The notes under the pieces: model-generated | Database searches by the model: none | What the model was told of the DNA's origin: nothing | The model's input: the letters and a program-made list of their open reading frames with translations, nothing else | Virus record (IMG/VR): IMGVR_UViG_3300043446_000566 | Coordinates: 1 to 64,000 of that record | From: a virus | DNA length: 64,000 nt | Direction: 5' to 3' (one strand) | In this document: positions 47,304 to 58,700 of the stretch, piece after piece | Numbering within the stretch: position 1 is the stretch's first letter | How the letters are laid out: the number at the start of each line of letters is the position of its first letter | Made by a program: the position numbers and the translations under genes

Positions 47304-50209
47304 CAGCCACCTGGTACTGCGATAACCTTCAGCGATTCTACCATCGGAGTCACTGTAGGATCAGATGCTGTCAGACGAATCTTGACTGCGAACTGCTTGA
47401 AAGTCTTACCGAGTGGCATAGAACGAACACCGTCGAAATACTCAATCGTTCCGCTTGTTAGCGAGAAGCGATACTCTAGCGGCACGCGCTTTGTCTGATC
47501 TGGCGAAATATTGTCTCTTGACTTGGTCATTTTCTGCCATTTCTTCGAGACAAACGGATCATTATCAAGCGCTGAAAGCACCTTGAAGTATACTGCAATG
47601 TCTGTTCCTGCTGGCTTGATAGCTGTCATGCGAACGACTAGATCGCCTGCGTCAAAGCCATCTTCAAGCGTCACGATCTTTGTCTGATACTTAGCAAGGA
47701 TATTACCGCCAGATGCGTCAGTCTCACCGTTGATTACAGCTGTCGCGTTTGTAGCAACACCAGGCTCAGCGATAGTGATTGTTGGCGTAGTCAGATAACC
47801 AGATCCTGGATTGATGATGTTGATTCCAAGAATTGTATTTGAAGTGCCGTTGATCTGAAGCAGAGCAGGCGTCACGTTTGCTGTAGCTTGAATCGAATCA
47901 GCAACGTCAGGTGCGCTGATAGAAACAACAATGTTGCTAGCATTAGCATGTGTGCCTTGCGTAGTGACAGAGATCAGATTATTCGCAATACCTGCGTTGT
48001 TGATGATATTCTGTAGCGCAAAGAAGCCAAATCTTTCCTTGTTCACAACAGGCGAAACTGATTCGTCAGATGTCGTCATCGTGACGCGAACATTCACGCT
48101 TTCTGTATTGCCAGAAGCAATCAGTCTTCTTCTGTTTGAAGAAGCAGAAGAAATGTCAGTGTCTTTGCCGAAGTTGTAAAGATCATTATTATTGACAGTC
48201 ACATAACCAGCTTGAGATCCGTCAGTCTTATAAGTCATCACTTCATATGTGATTGAAGTTGGCGAGAATCTCTGTTCTGTTGCTGCAATCTTCATTAGAT
48301 CCATAACAACATTTGGCTTCTTTGTGTCGTTTACTGACAGATTGAAGTATGCTGTATTTGAACTTTCGAATGATGCGCGATTGACCTGGAACATCAAGTC
48401 TCTGTTGAGAATCGGGTTCCAGTTAGAAGCATTCTGCGATGTGAAGAAGCTACCGATATATGGCTGTTCTGAAATGCGACGAGTATTGCCTGTGTCGTCA
48501 GTATATTCACCGCCGATTGTAGCTGTCCACACTTCATAGTCTGACGATTCAGTGATTAGCTTGATCGCATATTCTGTAGAAGACTGAAGATATACAGGAT
48601 CAGCAAACGTGAACTTTGTCAGTGTAGCTGAGTTAGCTACGCTAGGAATAGCTGAGACCTTGATATAAGCAGGCTCTAGAGTTCTTGTAGCAATGATATC
48701 GTTACTTGGCAGACCATTATCAATAGGCGAAATCGCTACAGTAAATGGCAGAAGTTCATCTGCTGCTGTTGGCTTTGCCTTGAAGAATAGATCAATTGAA
48801 GAGATATAGACGCCATAGGCATTCTTGATTTCTCCGTTAGTAATCGAATTACCCTTTGGAGTGAAGAATGTCTGCGCCATGTACTTGCGATCATTGATTC
48901 TCTGAGTTGCTTCAGTGATCTTTGAGACAGCTTGTAATGTGTTTGGTGTCTGTTCACGAAGCACGAAGTTACGAGCATTTTCAGTGCTGTTTACTTTGCC
49001 TAGTGCTGTATACTTTGCGATAGCGCGCATTTTGTATGCGTTGTCATTATACGTCGCAGTATCAGTAACCGTGAATACTCTTTCACCAACTAGCCATCTT
49101 AGCGAGTTCTCTGACGGAAGATGGAAGATACCGTATAGCGCGCCGACATCATCAACAGTATGCTTGCCGATAGAGTAGATGCTATTTGACGTTGGAGCAG
49201 CTGGCATCGCAGCGTCTAGAATCGCTTCGGTCCAGCCCATTGATGTGTTCGAGACTACAGAAACAACATTCGCAGTGAAGCCCATGTTGGTTCCACCGAC
49301 AATCGTGATCGTATTGCCAACAAGCGTCGAAACGCCATCACGAGTCGTGTTATTTGTCGATAGGACAATTGAACGTAGATTGACTGTATTAGCGCCAGAA
49401 ACAACAGACGAAAGCGCGACATATGAGTTCTGCGAACTGTTCTGAGCGCTCACCGTAAGAGTAGCAGCACCAGTCAGCGTTTCACCTGCCTGAAAGCGAT
49501 TATTAGCATAGATGTTTTGAACTGTTCTGCTGTTATTGACAAACTTTGTCAGATTCCAGATATTTGAAGAGCCAGAATAAGTGACATCAGTGTTCGCTCT
49601 GCCGAGAATAGGATCCACTACTAGCACACCCTTTGTCGTGTCCAGCACTTCCCACTTCTTGACTTTACCCAAGAATGTATAGGCAGGATTTTCTACGCCT
49701 GTGTAAACAGAGAAATTCAGATACGCATTATTCGCAGTCTGATAAACTAGATCGTCAACAGCATAGTCAGAAGATACAATATCAGTTCCTGTACTCTTTG
49801 AGATGTTCAGAGAAAGAAAGTTATCGTTGACATAAATGAGATTATTATTAGCAGTAATCGAAGTGCCAAGGACTTCAGCATATGCCTTAGATGTTGAACC
49901 GTAAAGTGAGTCATTGATTCGAATGTTTGAGAAAGCAGTGTTTGACGTTACGTTGATTACAGATCCTCTTTGCGTAAAGTCATTGACCTTGATGCTGTCA
50001 AAGAATAAATTTGCAGTAGCATCTGGCTTTAGATTTCTCGCATCGATATTGATATCATTTTCACGAATAAATGGTGTCACACCGATAGGGTTGCTGTCAT
50101 ATACTGGATCAGTGATTCTCTGATTTGTGTTGACTGATGCAGCAGCCGCAGCAGCAGCCGCTGCTGCTCTCTGGTTCAATGCCATAACACCGTAAATTGC
50201 TTGTCCCAT
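47303..50209 (-). CDS. virion structural protein (C-terminal half of VrlC/DUF4815-like)
   Basis: AQTF, S.DLFFK.K, F.F.DPVYL, QPY.GS.F.SQNAS.W...DLMF, FKQFAVKI. Confidence 0.82.
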   Translation of the reverse strand: MGQAIYGVMALNQRAAAAAAAAAASVNTNQRITDPVYDSNPIGVTPFIRENDINIDARNLKPDATANLFFDSIKVNDFTQRGSVINVTSNTAFSNIRINDSLYGSTSKAYAEVLGTSITANNNLIYVNDNFLSLNISKSTGTDIVSSDYAVDDLVYQTANNAYLNFSVYTGVENPAYTFLGKVKKWEVLDTTKGVLVVDPILGRANTDVTYSGSSNIWNLTKFVNNSRTVQNIYANNRFQAGETLTGAATLTVSAQNSSQNSYVALSSVVSGANTVNLRSIVLSTNNTTRDGVSTLVGNTITIVGGTNMGFTANVVSVVSNTSMGWTEAILDAAMPAAPTSNSIYSIGKHTVDDVGALYGIFHLPSENSLRWLVGERVFTVTDTATYNDNAYKMRAIAKYTALGKVNSTENARNFVLREQTPNTLQAVSKITEATQRINDRKYMAQTFFTPKGNSITNGEIKNAYGVYISSIDLFFKAKPTAADELLPFTVAISPIDNGLPSNDIIATRTLEPAYIKVSAIPSVANSATLTKFTFADPVYLQSSTEYAIKLITESSDYEVWTATIGGEYTDDTGNTRRISEQPYIGSFFTSQNASNWNPILNRDLMFQVNRASFESSNTAYFNLSVNDTKKPNVVMDLMKIAATEQRFSPTSITYEVMTYKTDGSQAGYVTVNNNDLYNFGKDTDISSASSNRRRLIASGNTESVNVRVTMTTSDESVSPVVNKERFGFFALQNIINNAGIANNLISVTTQGTHANASNIVVSISAPDVADSIQATANVTPALLQINGTSNTILGINIINPGSGYLTTPTITIAEPGVATNATAVINGETDASGGNILAKYQTKIVTLEDGFDAGDLVVRMTAIKPAGTDIAVYFKVLSALDNDPFVSKKWQKMTKSRDNISPDQTKRVPLEYRFSLTSGTIEYFDGVRSMPLGKTFKQFAVKIRLTASDPTVTPMVESLKVIAVPGG

Positions 50210-50222
50210 TTATTTTTCCTAA

Positions 50223-53200
50223 TTACAGTAAGCTATTAGATATCACTGGAGAAAGAGAACTCTGATAATTCCAGCTTGTCGAATAATTTCTATCTAGCGT
50301 TAGTTTGATAGGCTCTATTCTTCCAAACACGCCTTGCATAGGCATTACACCTGCGCCGTTGATTCCTACTTGAATTGTGCTTGTTGGCTCATTTGAAGTT
50401 GGTGCAACAGAATATGCAGGCACTGATACTCTATATGTGATCGAAGATGCTGGCTGATAATATCCAGTGACTGAAAGCAGTGAAGATAGATCAGACGAAG
50501 AATATCCAGCAGCACCGATAGCAGTCAGATACGAAGCAGTTAGGGCTGCGTCATCATATCCCACTTCTTGGATGACCTCATAATTTTTACCGATAGAATC
50601 AGTGATCAATGGCTGGTGCTCTAGTGAGTAGAAGTAATCGCTTTCAGGTGTCAGCGTCAAGAACCCATCATATTTAGCGATCATAGCTGATTGAACGCGC
50701 TGAGTTCCGTCAGCTGTTGCTAGTTTCTGTGTCGCGATAGGAGTTTCAGTATATCCAAGAGTCACGAACTTGTCTCTGACGTTGTTATTATTTGCTGGCT
50801 TTAGAGTGAAAGGAGTGATATACTTGTAGCAGCCAAGTAGTCCAGACTCAATAGAAGCAGCAAAATCAGTTGTCTGATCAGCAATGCTTAGATCATTAAA
50901 CTCATCGACAATTGTACCGTAGATTGGCTTGTTGATAAGTGGCGTTGTTGGTGACTTAGGTGGATCACTGATAATCTGGCTCTCTGATTCTTTCAGAGCA
51001 ACATAATTTTCGATGTTGTTGATTCTTGTGTCGAGCGCAGAGATGTCCTTCATCGTGTAGCGACGATTATCAATGTAATTCAACTCGATTGAGCGCAGTG
51101 ACGCTGTATATGGAGGAATATACATCGTGTAAATCGGCATCGAATCATCGCCTACAAAAGGCTCTTGAGGCGATAGCGAAGGAACACCGTTTAGAACTTT
51201 GAATTCCTTGTCCTTCGTTACAACAACCTTGTCGATTCTAGGCAGATAATAGTCATAGTCTAGCTGCATTGGATCAGTTGGACGCTGAAGAATGCTGCCG
51301 CTGAAACTCATATTCTGCGTGACGATTTCAATCGTGCCGTTTGTGACCGCAGCGCTGAACGCCTTATTCACCGAGACTGATGTTAGGTTGCTTACACCGT
51401 TTACGACACGAATATCGTTACCGACACGAATCATCGTGCCTGTTGTGATAGGCGGCGTCAATACGTTTGAAGTCAATGCTGTGTTAGCTGTTACTGTATA
51501 ACCACCAGATGAGACATTTACTCTTGCGTTTGCATTAGCATACGCATATGGAGCAACAGATATGCCTGAAGCACGAATTGGGCGAAGATCAATACAGTCA
51601 CGAAGATTGTACACTTTACCCGAAGATGCCTTGAATAGAGGAATCTGCTCTGAGTTATACAGCGTCGTGCCGTATGAGAAGCCAGACAGATAACCAGTAC
51701 CCGAATGCGTGAAGTAGTCAAACAGAACAGCTGTCTGACCTCTTGGTGGTTGAGCACCTGGCTTTAGAGTGATCGAAGCGTGATTATAGAAGTTCTCAGT
51801 CTGACCGCTATCAAATGTATAGCGATCAGTGATGTCGACCATGTTTGTAGTATTTGGCGCATGGCTCAGATTAGCTGAGTCGTAAATCTTATTGATGCTG
51901 ATGACATCTGAGATAAACAGCGATTGCTTCTGACCAGGAATATTATTCACGACATTTGAAGTTGTGAACCATGCAATACCGTTAGAAGCATTCAGCTTGA
52001 CTTCTGAATAACCAGAAACTGCTGTAGCAGAAGAAAGAGTATCGCCTGCTGTCAGTGCTGAGTTAGAAGATACTAGCGTCTTTTGACGACGGAAAGATCC
52101 GTTTGCGTTAGCAACCTTAGTCGTCAAATAAACGTCGCCTGTGAACGATGTGCCCGAGCCACTATCTGTGTACAGCGAAATCTGAGTGTTGCTTGTTCTA
52201 TAGACGCTTCTTGGTGAAGCTGTCATGTCTAGAATCTTACCAACATTCGCGCCTGTTGTTGGAACAACGATAATATTTTCACGAACGTCAGCTGAAGATA
52301 CAGTCGCGCCGTCAGTACCGAAATCAAAAGTCTGACCAGTCACAGTGACTGTGGCAGCACCGTTCGTGGCAAACGAAACACCCTTGCTAACGTATCTGCG
52401 GTAGAGATCAACATTCACATCGCTATTATACTTGATATAATAGTTTGGAAGTTCAAAGAGCATCTTGTCATAATTAGCATCTTCGATTACTGTATTGCCT
52501 GTTCCATCCTTGCTAACGTCACTGACATTAGCTTGAAGATTAGCAGCAGCAAACGAAGATGTATTGGCAATGATGATCGACTTAGCAGCACCAAGCGGTA
52601 GCGTTAGATTGAAGCGATCACCGTTTGCTGGAATAGCTTTGAATGCTGTGTCAAGAACCGCGACCTTAGTTGTTGTGTTGTAATTGATGATCTTGCCTGA
52701 GTTGCCAACAGCGCCAGTAGTATCAAGCAGAGTGATCGTGCCACCAAGATATGCGTTCGCGTTTGACGAGAAATGCGCAGGGAAGTTGACGCTCAATGTA
52801 TTAGCAGAAGTGCCATTTGCTGTAGAAATGATAGGCGTAAAATTGATATCTGTCAGATACGAATAGTACAGCACTGAATCTGATGTTCTGTCAAAGTTCT
52901 TTAGTTTAGCTGTACCGATTCTTGTCGAATAGTAAGCGGCACTGCCTGAGCCAAATGTCACAGCGTTGTTTACTGTGCTGTGAATATCGACTTCATTCAA
53001 GCCTTCAGAGAATACAATACCGTTTGCGCTGCCCAGCACGTTTGCTAGCTGTAAGCGATTGCCGTAGTAAACTGAAAGATCATAGTCTTTGCTCGACTTT
53101 GTGTTTCTTGCGCGAGTCGATGGAATCTTGGTCGTTCCGATTGTCTCAAACTCAAAGCCCTTCACATAAGCCTTGCCTGGCTCTACGTTGATAATGAACG

Positions 53201-54128
53201 TCTCAGTATTTTCTGAGAGACCAGCAGGCGTATTCGCGCTGATATTGATTCTAAATGGCTTTACAGCATAGTTGCCAGACTCATCATATGTTCTACGAGC
53301 AAAAGTCTTTTCGAGTTCTGAGTAGATTGGATAACTGACCTGGCGAGTGATGACACCATTCTCTACGCGAAGAAGTTCAAAGAATCTGCGATCATCTACT
53401 GAGTCAAGTGTTCTCTTTGCAAGAACTAGATTATATTGATATCTGTCAGCGCCTGGAGCCTGATAATTGAACGACTCTTGCGCAGGGTCTAGAAGCGCTG
53501 CGTCGTCACTGCTTGTGACAATTGATTCTTCAATTTGAAGACCGACTCTGTAAGAAGGAGTTGCGCTGTATGGATCTAGAACGATTGTATCAGCAGCGAC
53601 TGAAACGAAATAGCCATCAACGTAGAACACACCGTCGTTGATGCTAACAGTCGATCCAACACCAGTAGGTGACGTTGCTGTGACGTTTGCCGAGTTTGTG
53701 GCAGCAGTTGTTAGAGTCTGACCAGCAGTGAATCCTGCGCCTCTGATGTATTTTACCATCAGAGTTCTGTCAGTCGTGTTTGAATAGGTCTGGATTACCT
53801 TAGCGCGAGTCTTAGGAGAGCCAGTATTGAATACTGTTACACCATAGAAGTTCTCTAGGTCAATATCAACGCCATTGTATTGCTTGTCTAGCTTTACATA
53901 GTTGACTGCGGTATCTAGCGTTAAATGCCCACCGATAACAGGCGATCCGTCTTGGAAGATGTGATTGCCGAACTGCTTTACTTGGTTCTGAAGAATTGAC
54001 TGGATCTGAGTCAATTCACGCGCTTGAACTGCGAATCCTGGCTTGAACAGAATGCGCATATAGTTCTTCTCTAATGCGCCGTTAGTAGCCTCGAAATCGT
54101 CCCAATAAGGTTCTGCGTTGAAATCCAT
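50223..54128 (-). CDS. virion structural protein (DUF4815/VrlC-like N-terminal half)
   Basis: FN.EPYWDDF, RILFKPG.AVQARELTQIQSILQNQ, APGADR, RRTYDESGNY, PGKAYVKG.E, YYLPRIDK, RRYTMKDI. Confidence 0.88.
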   Translation of the reverse strand: MDFNAEPYWDDFEATNGALEKNYMRILFKPGFAVQARELTQIQSILQNQVKQFGNHIFQDGSPVIGGHLTLDTAVNYVKLDKQYNGVDIDLENFYGVTVFNTGSPKTRAKVIQTYSNTTDRTLMVKYIRGAGFTAGQTLTTAATNSANVTATSPTGVGSTVSINDGVFYVDGYFVSVAADTIVLDPYSATPSYRVGLQIEESIVTSSDDAALLDPAQESFNYQAPGADRYQYNLVLAKRTLDSVDDRRFFELLRVENGVITRQVSYPIYSELEKTFARRTYDESGNYAVKPFRINISANTPAGLSENTETFIINVEPGKAYVKGFEFETIGTTKIPSTRARNTKSSKDYDLSVYYGNRLQLANVLGSANGIVFSEGLNEVDIHSTVNNAVTFGSGSAAYYSTRIGTAKLKNFDRTSDSVLYYSYLTDINFTPIISTANGTSANTLSVNFPAHFSSNANAYLGGTITLLDTTGAVGNSGKIINYNTTTKVAVLDTAFKAIPANGDRFNLTLPLGAAKSIIIANTSSFAAANLQANVSDVSKDGTGNTVIEDANYDKMLFELPNYYIKYNSDVNVDLYRRYVSKGVSFATNGAATVTVTGQTFDFGTDGATVSSADVRENIIVVPTTGANVGKILDMTASPRSVYRTSNTQISLYTDSGSGTSFTGDVYLTTKVANANGSFRRQKTLVSSNSALTAGDTLSSATAVSGYSEVKLNASNGIAWFTTSNVVNNIPGQKQSLFISDVISINKIYDSANLSHAPNTTNMVDITDRYTFDSGQTENFYNHASITLKPGAQPPRGQTAVLFDYFTHSGTGYLSGFSYGTTLYNSEQIPLFKASSGKVYNLRDCIDLRPIRASGISVAPYAYANANARVNVSSGGYTVTANTALTSNVLTPPITTGTMIRVGNDIRVVNGVSNLTSVSVNKAFSAAVTNGTIEIVTQNMSFSGSILQRPTDPMQLDYDYYLPRIDKVVVTKDKEFKVLNGVPSLSPQEPFVGDDSMPIYTMYIPPYTASLRSIELNYIDNRRYTMKDISALDTRINNIENYVALKESESQIISDPPKSPTTPLINKPIYGTIVDEFNDLSIADQTTDFAASIESGLLGCYKYITPFTLKPANNNNVRDKFVTLGYTETPIATQKLATADGTQRVQSAMIAKYDGFLTLTPESDYFYSLEHQPLITDSIGKNYEVIQEVGYDDAALTASYLTAIGAAGYSSSDLSSLLSVTGYYQPASSITYRVSVPAYSVAPTSNEPTSTIQVGINGAGVMPMQGVFGRIEPIKLTLDRNYSTSWNYQSSLSPVISNSLL

Positions 54129-54144
54129 TTATTATACCTATGCT

Positions 54145-55761
54145 TTAGAATTCTACGACTAGTTTGAGTGTCTCAGTCTGATAAGGGTTTCTAACGATCT
54201 TATCTCTATTTTCAACATAGAGAATCTCACCGCTAAGAGTATTTATACTTGGGCTGACAACGCTCAATCCCTTTGCGAAGACTGATGGTGCGTCTTTCTG
54301 GCGCAGAGTCTGCGAGATAGCCTCATCAATATCACCAGAAATCTGGTTGACTGAGAGAATATTGTTTGTTGTATCTACGTGGACAATCGTTGCGGCAAAA
54401 GTTGCTGTTTCATAGCTTGATCCAACATACACTCTCTTGTTCGTAGAGAAAGCTACAGCTGGTGTTGTCGTATAAATCTTAGTGTACATCGCATAAGTCG
54501 CAGCTGTCGCGAATGTCAGATTTGAATTTGTTGTTCTGACATCTTTGACGATACAAGCCTGACGAAGTGTGTCATTACCATCAGCAATGACAGGCAGATA
54601 ACCGCTAACATCACCAGAGAAATCAACAGAGATCATTAGATCAGAAGCACCGAGTTCGCGAACAGCATCGTAGCCATGACCATATTGTGGGCTGATTACA
54701 GCTTGAAGGTTAGCTGTGTTGCCATTAGCCTGGTGTAGAGGATCAACAAGCGTGATCGAAGCGTTGCTATATCCGCTGCCGCCATTGATGATATTCACAC
54801 TTGTGATAACGCCATTAGTAACGTCAACAGACACGTTTGCGCCAGATCCATCACCAGAAACAGACACGACAGAATAATTGTTCACGCTATTGTTTGAATA
54901 GTATCTTGTGCCACCATCGACTACTTTGATGACATCGAGGCGACCGTTTGTCGCGTTATTATACACAACATATTCGCGCAATACAGGCATATACTTGTCT
55001 GTGAAGAACTTGTTCTTCAGACCAGAAGGAATCGTGTACATATACTTCCAATAGTATCCATCGCTAGTCTCGACGTATGGATTCTCTGGCAGTTCACCGC
55101 CGATTGTGATTTCAGGCATCACTGTTGAAGTCGCGCCGCTGTTATTATACAGGCATTTGAATACCTGATCAGCAGAATTTCTGACATAGAACTTGTTGAT
55201 ATACTGTGTCGCTGAAGTTTCTAGTGTATAGATTGTCTGACTAGTAGCAGTTGCTGCAAATACTGTATTCGTATACAGAAAGTCGCCTGCTGCGTTGACT
55301 GAGTAGACTTCTTTGGTCGTCTCGCCGACTGTGATCAGCTTTCCATTTGTGATGCCGTAGGCAATCGTCGCTAGATTCACACCATTTGCGATGACGTTTG
55401 CTGAGCCGATAGAGACGTTTACGTTTCCAGTCAGTTGTGTCGAAGCTGTCTTTACAAAGAGATTAGCCGTCTGATCATAGGCAACATATACGTTACCAGA
55501 ACCCCAATCGACACGAGGAATCACTGGCTGAACATCACTGCTGGTAATCTTCTTGAGCAGAATGCCCTGCGAAAGAGTCGAGTTCTTATAGCTTGTAGTG
55601 TCATATGGCGCTTCAACAATATCAGTTATTACATTGCCACTAGAATTCCATTCTAGTGAGTGTCCAACCATGACATAAACATTCGCCAATGGTTGCGAGA
55701 TCATTTTTTCAAAGTTTTTGGCGTTTGTAACACCGAAATCTTTTGTGACTAGCGACTTCAT
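54145..55761 (-). CDS. gp8: baseplate wedge subunit
   Basis: VIPR.DW.SG..Y..YD, FYV.N...QVFKCL.N, DGYYWKYMY.I, GHG.DA..ELGA, SGEILYVENR..I.R. Confidence 0.9.
   Translation of the reverse strand: MKSLVTKDFGVTNAKNFEKMISQPLANVYVMVGHSLEWNSSGNVITDIVEAPYDTTSYKNSTLSQGILLKKITSSDVQPVIPRVDWGSGNVYVAYDQTANLFVKTASTQLTGNVNVSIGSANVIANGVNLATIAYGITNGKLITVGETTKEVYSVNAAGDFLYTNTVFAATATSQTIYTLETSATQYINKFYVRNSADQVFKCLYNNSGATSTVMPEITIGGELPENPYVETSDGYYWKYMYTIPSGLKNKFFTDKYMPVLREYVVYNNATNGRLDVIKVVDGGTRYYSNNSVNNYSVVSVSGDGSGANVSVDVTNGVITSVNIINGGSGYSNASITLVDPLHQANGNTANLQAVISPQYGHGYDAVRELGASDLMISVDFSGDVSGYLPVIADGNDTLRQACIVKDVRTTNSNLTFATAATYAMYTKIYTTTPAVAFSTNKRVYVGSSYETATFAATIVHVDTTNNILSVNQISGDIDEAISQTLRQKDAPSVFAKGLSVVSPSINTLSGEILYVENRDKIVRNPYQTETLKLVVEF
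54240..54247 (-). promoter_or_regulatory. putative late promoter (TATAAATA) inside the gp8 3' end
   Basis: Exact consensus about 110 nt upstream of the 54128 start. Confidence 0.55.
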
Positions 55762-55764
55762 GTT

Positions 55765-58700
55765 TTATCCGTTGGTTTTGATGATTGAGTAAGAAACGAC
55801 ATTGTAGGTCGGTGTCTTTTTGTAGAGAACATTTCCTGTAGACGAAACGCTGGCGTTCAGATTCACAGTATTTCCAGAGATATTGACCACATAGCGATCA
55901 TATGTGGTGCTAGAAATATTGAATTGCAGATTATCACCAGCAGCTAAACTTTCAGAAACTGCGCTTGTATTTCCATACACAACGACGTTCGCGTTTCCAG
56001 AAGTAATTCTCAGAACGCCATCGCCGATTCCACCGATTGGATTTTCGAGCCATAGCAACGATGCTGAGTTGACGTTTGAAACGACGCGAGTGTATTGCTT
56101 CAACGAAGCAGTTTCTGTAGTATTTATGACAATGATATCACCGTTGCTCACACGAGTTGTGAAGCTAGAGTTATTACCGTAGAATGCACGGCTGCTATAG
56201 CTGGTGTTCGCATTTGTCGAATTCGCCGAGTTTGAATAGAACACATTTGAAGCAACACCGTTATTCACATAGATAACGTCCTTCATCACATACTTGGACA
56301 ATAGTTGCATACCTGCTGGATGTGCGACGTTGTTGATCGTCTCTTTATAATCGTCCAGCGACTTCTCAGAAGAAACTTCATACGAGAAGTTGTGATAATA
56401 GTCCTTATTCTGTAGTTTCTTATCAGCGCTCACGAATCCATCTGTATTCAGATAGAAGCCGTTGTACTTGATCAGACCATTCAAGAACTCAGCATTCGCT
56501 TTAGCTAGACCATCGCCGTAGAAGAATGGATATTTTCTTTCTTCAGCTAAATTCAAACCGTTGAACGAGATTGTCGCATTCTGCGCAAATACGTTTGTTG
56601 TTACATTGCCTGTTGCTGTATTGATCAATAGAGGCAGCGATGTGTTGATAGAGCCAGAATAGTTGAATATACGAATGACTGTGTTCGTAGAATCTGCTCT
56701 ATAGATCTCATCAACAGTAGCCTGGAATGTAGCGCCGCTATTTGTTGCACCACCTTGCCAGACAGATTCACCGCCAAGAATAATGACGCCAGAACTTAGG
56801 TTATCTGTTAGAACGTCTGCAACCTTTAGCGAAACGACTGGCGTGTTCGCATAGTTGAAGCCTCTGTTTATGATATGAAAGTCTTGGATTCTGCCGATAT
56901 CTGTCGCGCTGGTTTGAATGTTTTCGCCGTCGCTCAGAAGCAGAATGTTCAATTCAGCACCAGTGCCAGAAGAAGCACCACCGCTAGAGTTTAGAATCAC
57001 TGGTGTTGGAGCAACGACATAGCCACCGCCGCGATCTGTAATCGTGACAGCAGTGATCTTTCCGCTGCCGTTGACAGTAACAGTAGCATTACCAGACCAG
57101 CCAGTGCCGATGAAATTGATATAGTCTGAACTGCTATAACCAGTGCCGCCGTCGTTTACTAGAATCGTTCCTAGCTTGCCAGTGCCACGCACATCTGGTC
57201 TAAAGTCAAAGAACAGATTGAACGAATTGATATTCGTTTCATTGATGTTATTATCGTAGATCTTGTCTAGATAAACAGTCTTGACGTTAGCTGAAGTGCC
57301 TGGATCTGTCACGATATAATCTGTTACAACAGCATAGTGTGAAGTTTTGCCTACGTCAAGGAACAATCTTGTGCCAGTATAATAGCCGTTTGCTAGACTA
57401 TAGCTGTTGTTCGACGAGTTGAGTCTGATGCTCTTAGCTGTCTTGTTATAGTTTGAGAACTGACCGCTAGGAATGATCAAGAATCCACCATCAGATGAGA
57501 AATCTGAATCAAACAATGAAACAGCATCTAGTTGCCCGTTGTCAGTTGTTGGCGCTTCTTCAAAGAATGAACCGCCGTCAATTAGATCAAGAAGACGAAT
57601 CTTGCCGAGTGTCAACGTGTCAAACGTCATCGCTCTGCCAATCTCAGTCTGTGCATTGGCAAAAATGCGCACATTGCTTGTCGCGTCTGGCGCAACAGCA
57701 AGAGCAGTGGCTAGCGTTGCGCGTTTAGTTGTTCCGCTGTATGAAGAAATGATAGCAGAGTTTGGCGAACCACTAGCGCCAGTTCCCGCGACAATTTGAA
57801 GAACAAACGACTTGTAATAATCATTTGTCGTACTAGCGACAAAATTTACTGTATTGAGATTCACGACGCTGGTTGTATTACCAGATCCAGTTGTTAGATT
57901 GACACTATAAGCAGCATTGTCAAAGCTATATCCGCTACCATTATTCAGCGTGATATCTTTCTTATAAACGAATGCGTCTGTGTTGAACTGAATACTCGCA
58001 CTGTTTGGAGCATCATCCCAGATAGCGTCAATTGTAAGATTTGAACCGATGCCTGTAGGCGAATTGATTCGAATCAGCGAGTTCGCATATGCTCTGAACA
58101 GATAACCAGGATTGATGATTGAAGCAGATTCAATCGATCCAACTGATACGTTATTGACTTCAGCGACAGCTTTTACAGCATCAGCAGACTGATTCAATCC
58201 ACCATAGAGTACAACTGGATCGCCTGTGCGATATAGCGTGCCTGTTTGAACTACGCCGAATCTGTTTCTATAGAGATAGATGTTCGAGATCAGCGATACA
58301 ATTTTTGATTTGAATGTCTTAGGATTGCCATTCGCATCTTCAAAATTGATGATCAGATTTTCGCCTGGATCAAACAGACGAGTCACATTTGAAACGTAAA
58401 GTTCAATGACTTCTCTGCCAGTCTCTTTGTCAATATTGCGAACAGCTGCTTCAATGACGCAGGTAGTTCTTGACGTTTCGCCTGTGCCTAGATGTCTTTC
58501 AAGAAGATTGATATCAAAGCCATCATATTCTGTAGCAGAGAACGCAAGGCGAAGCGCTTGCGGTTGCTTCCATTTACCGTCAGAAGCCTTTAGAATATCT
58601 TGCTTTGGAAAATAAACATCGACTTCCTGATTATACAGGACGCGGAATATGAACTTGAACGAGTCGGGTGTTCCCTTCTTTGCGTAGAAGGCTCTAGCAG

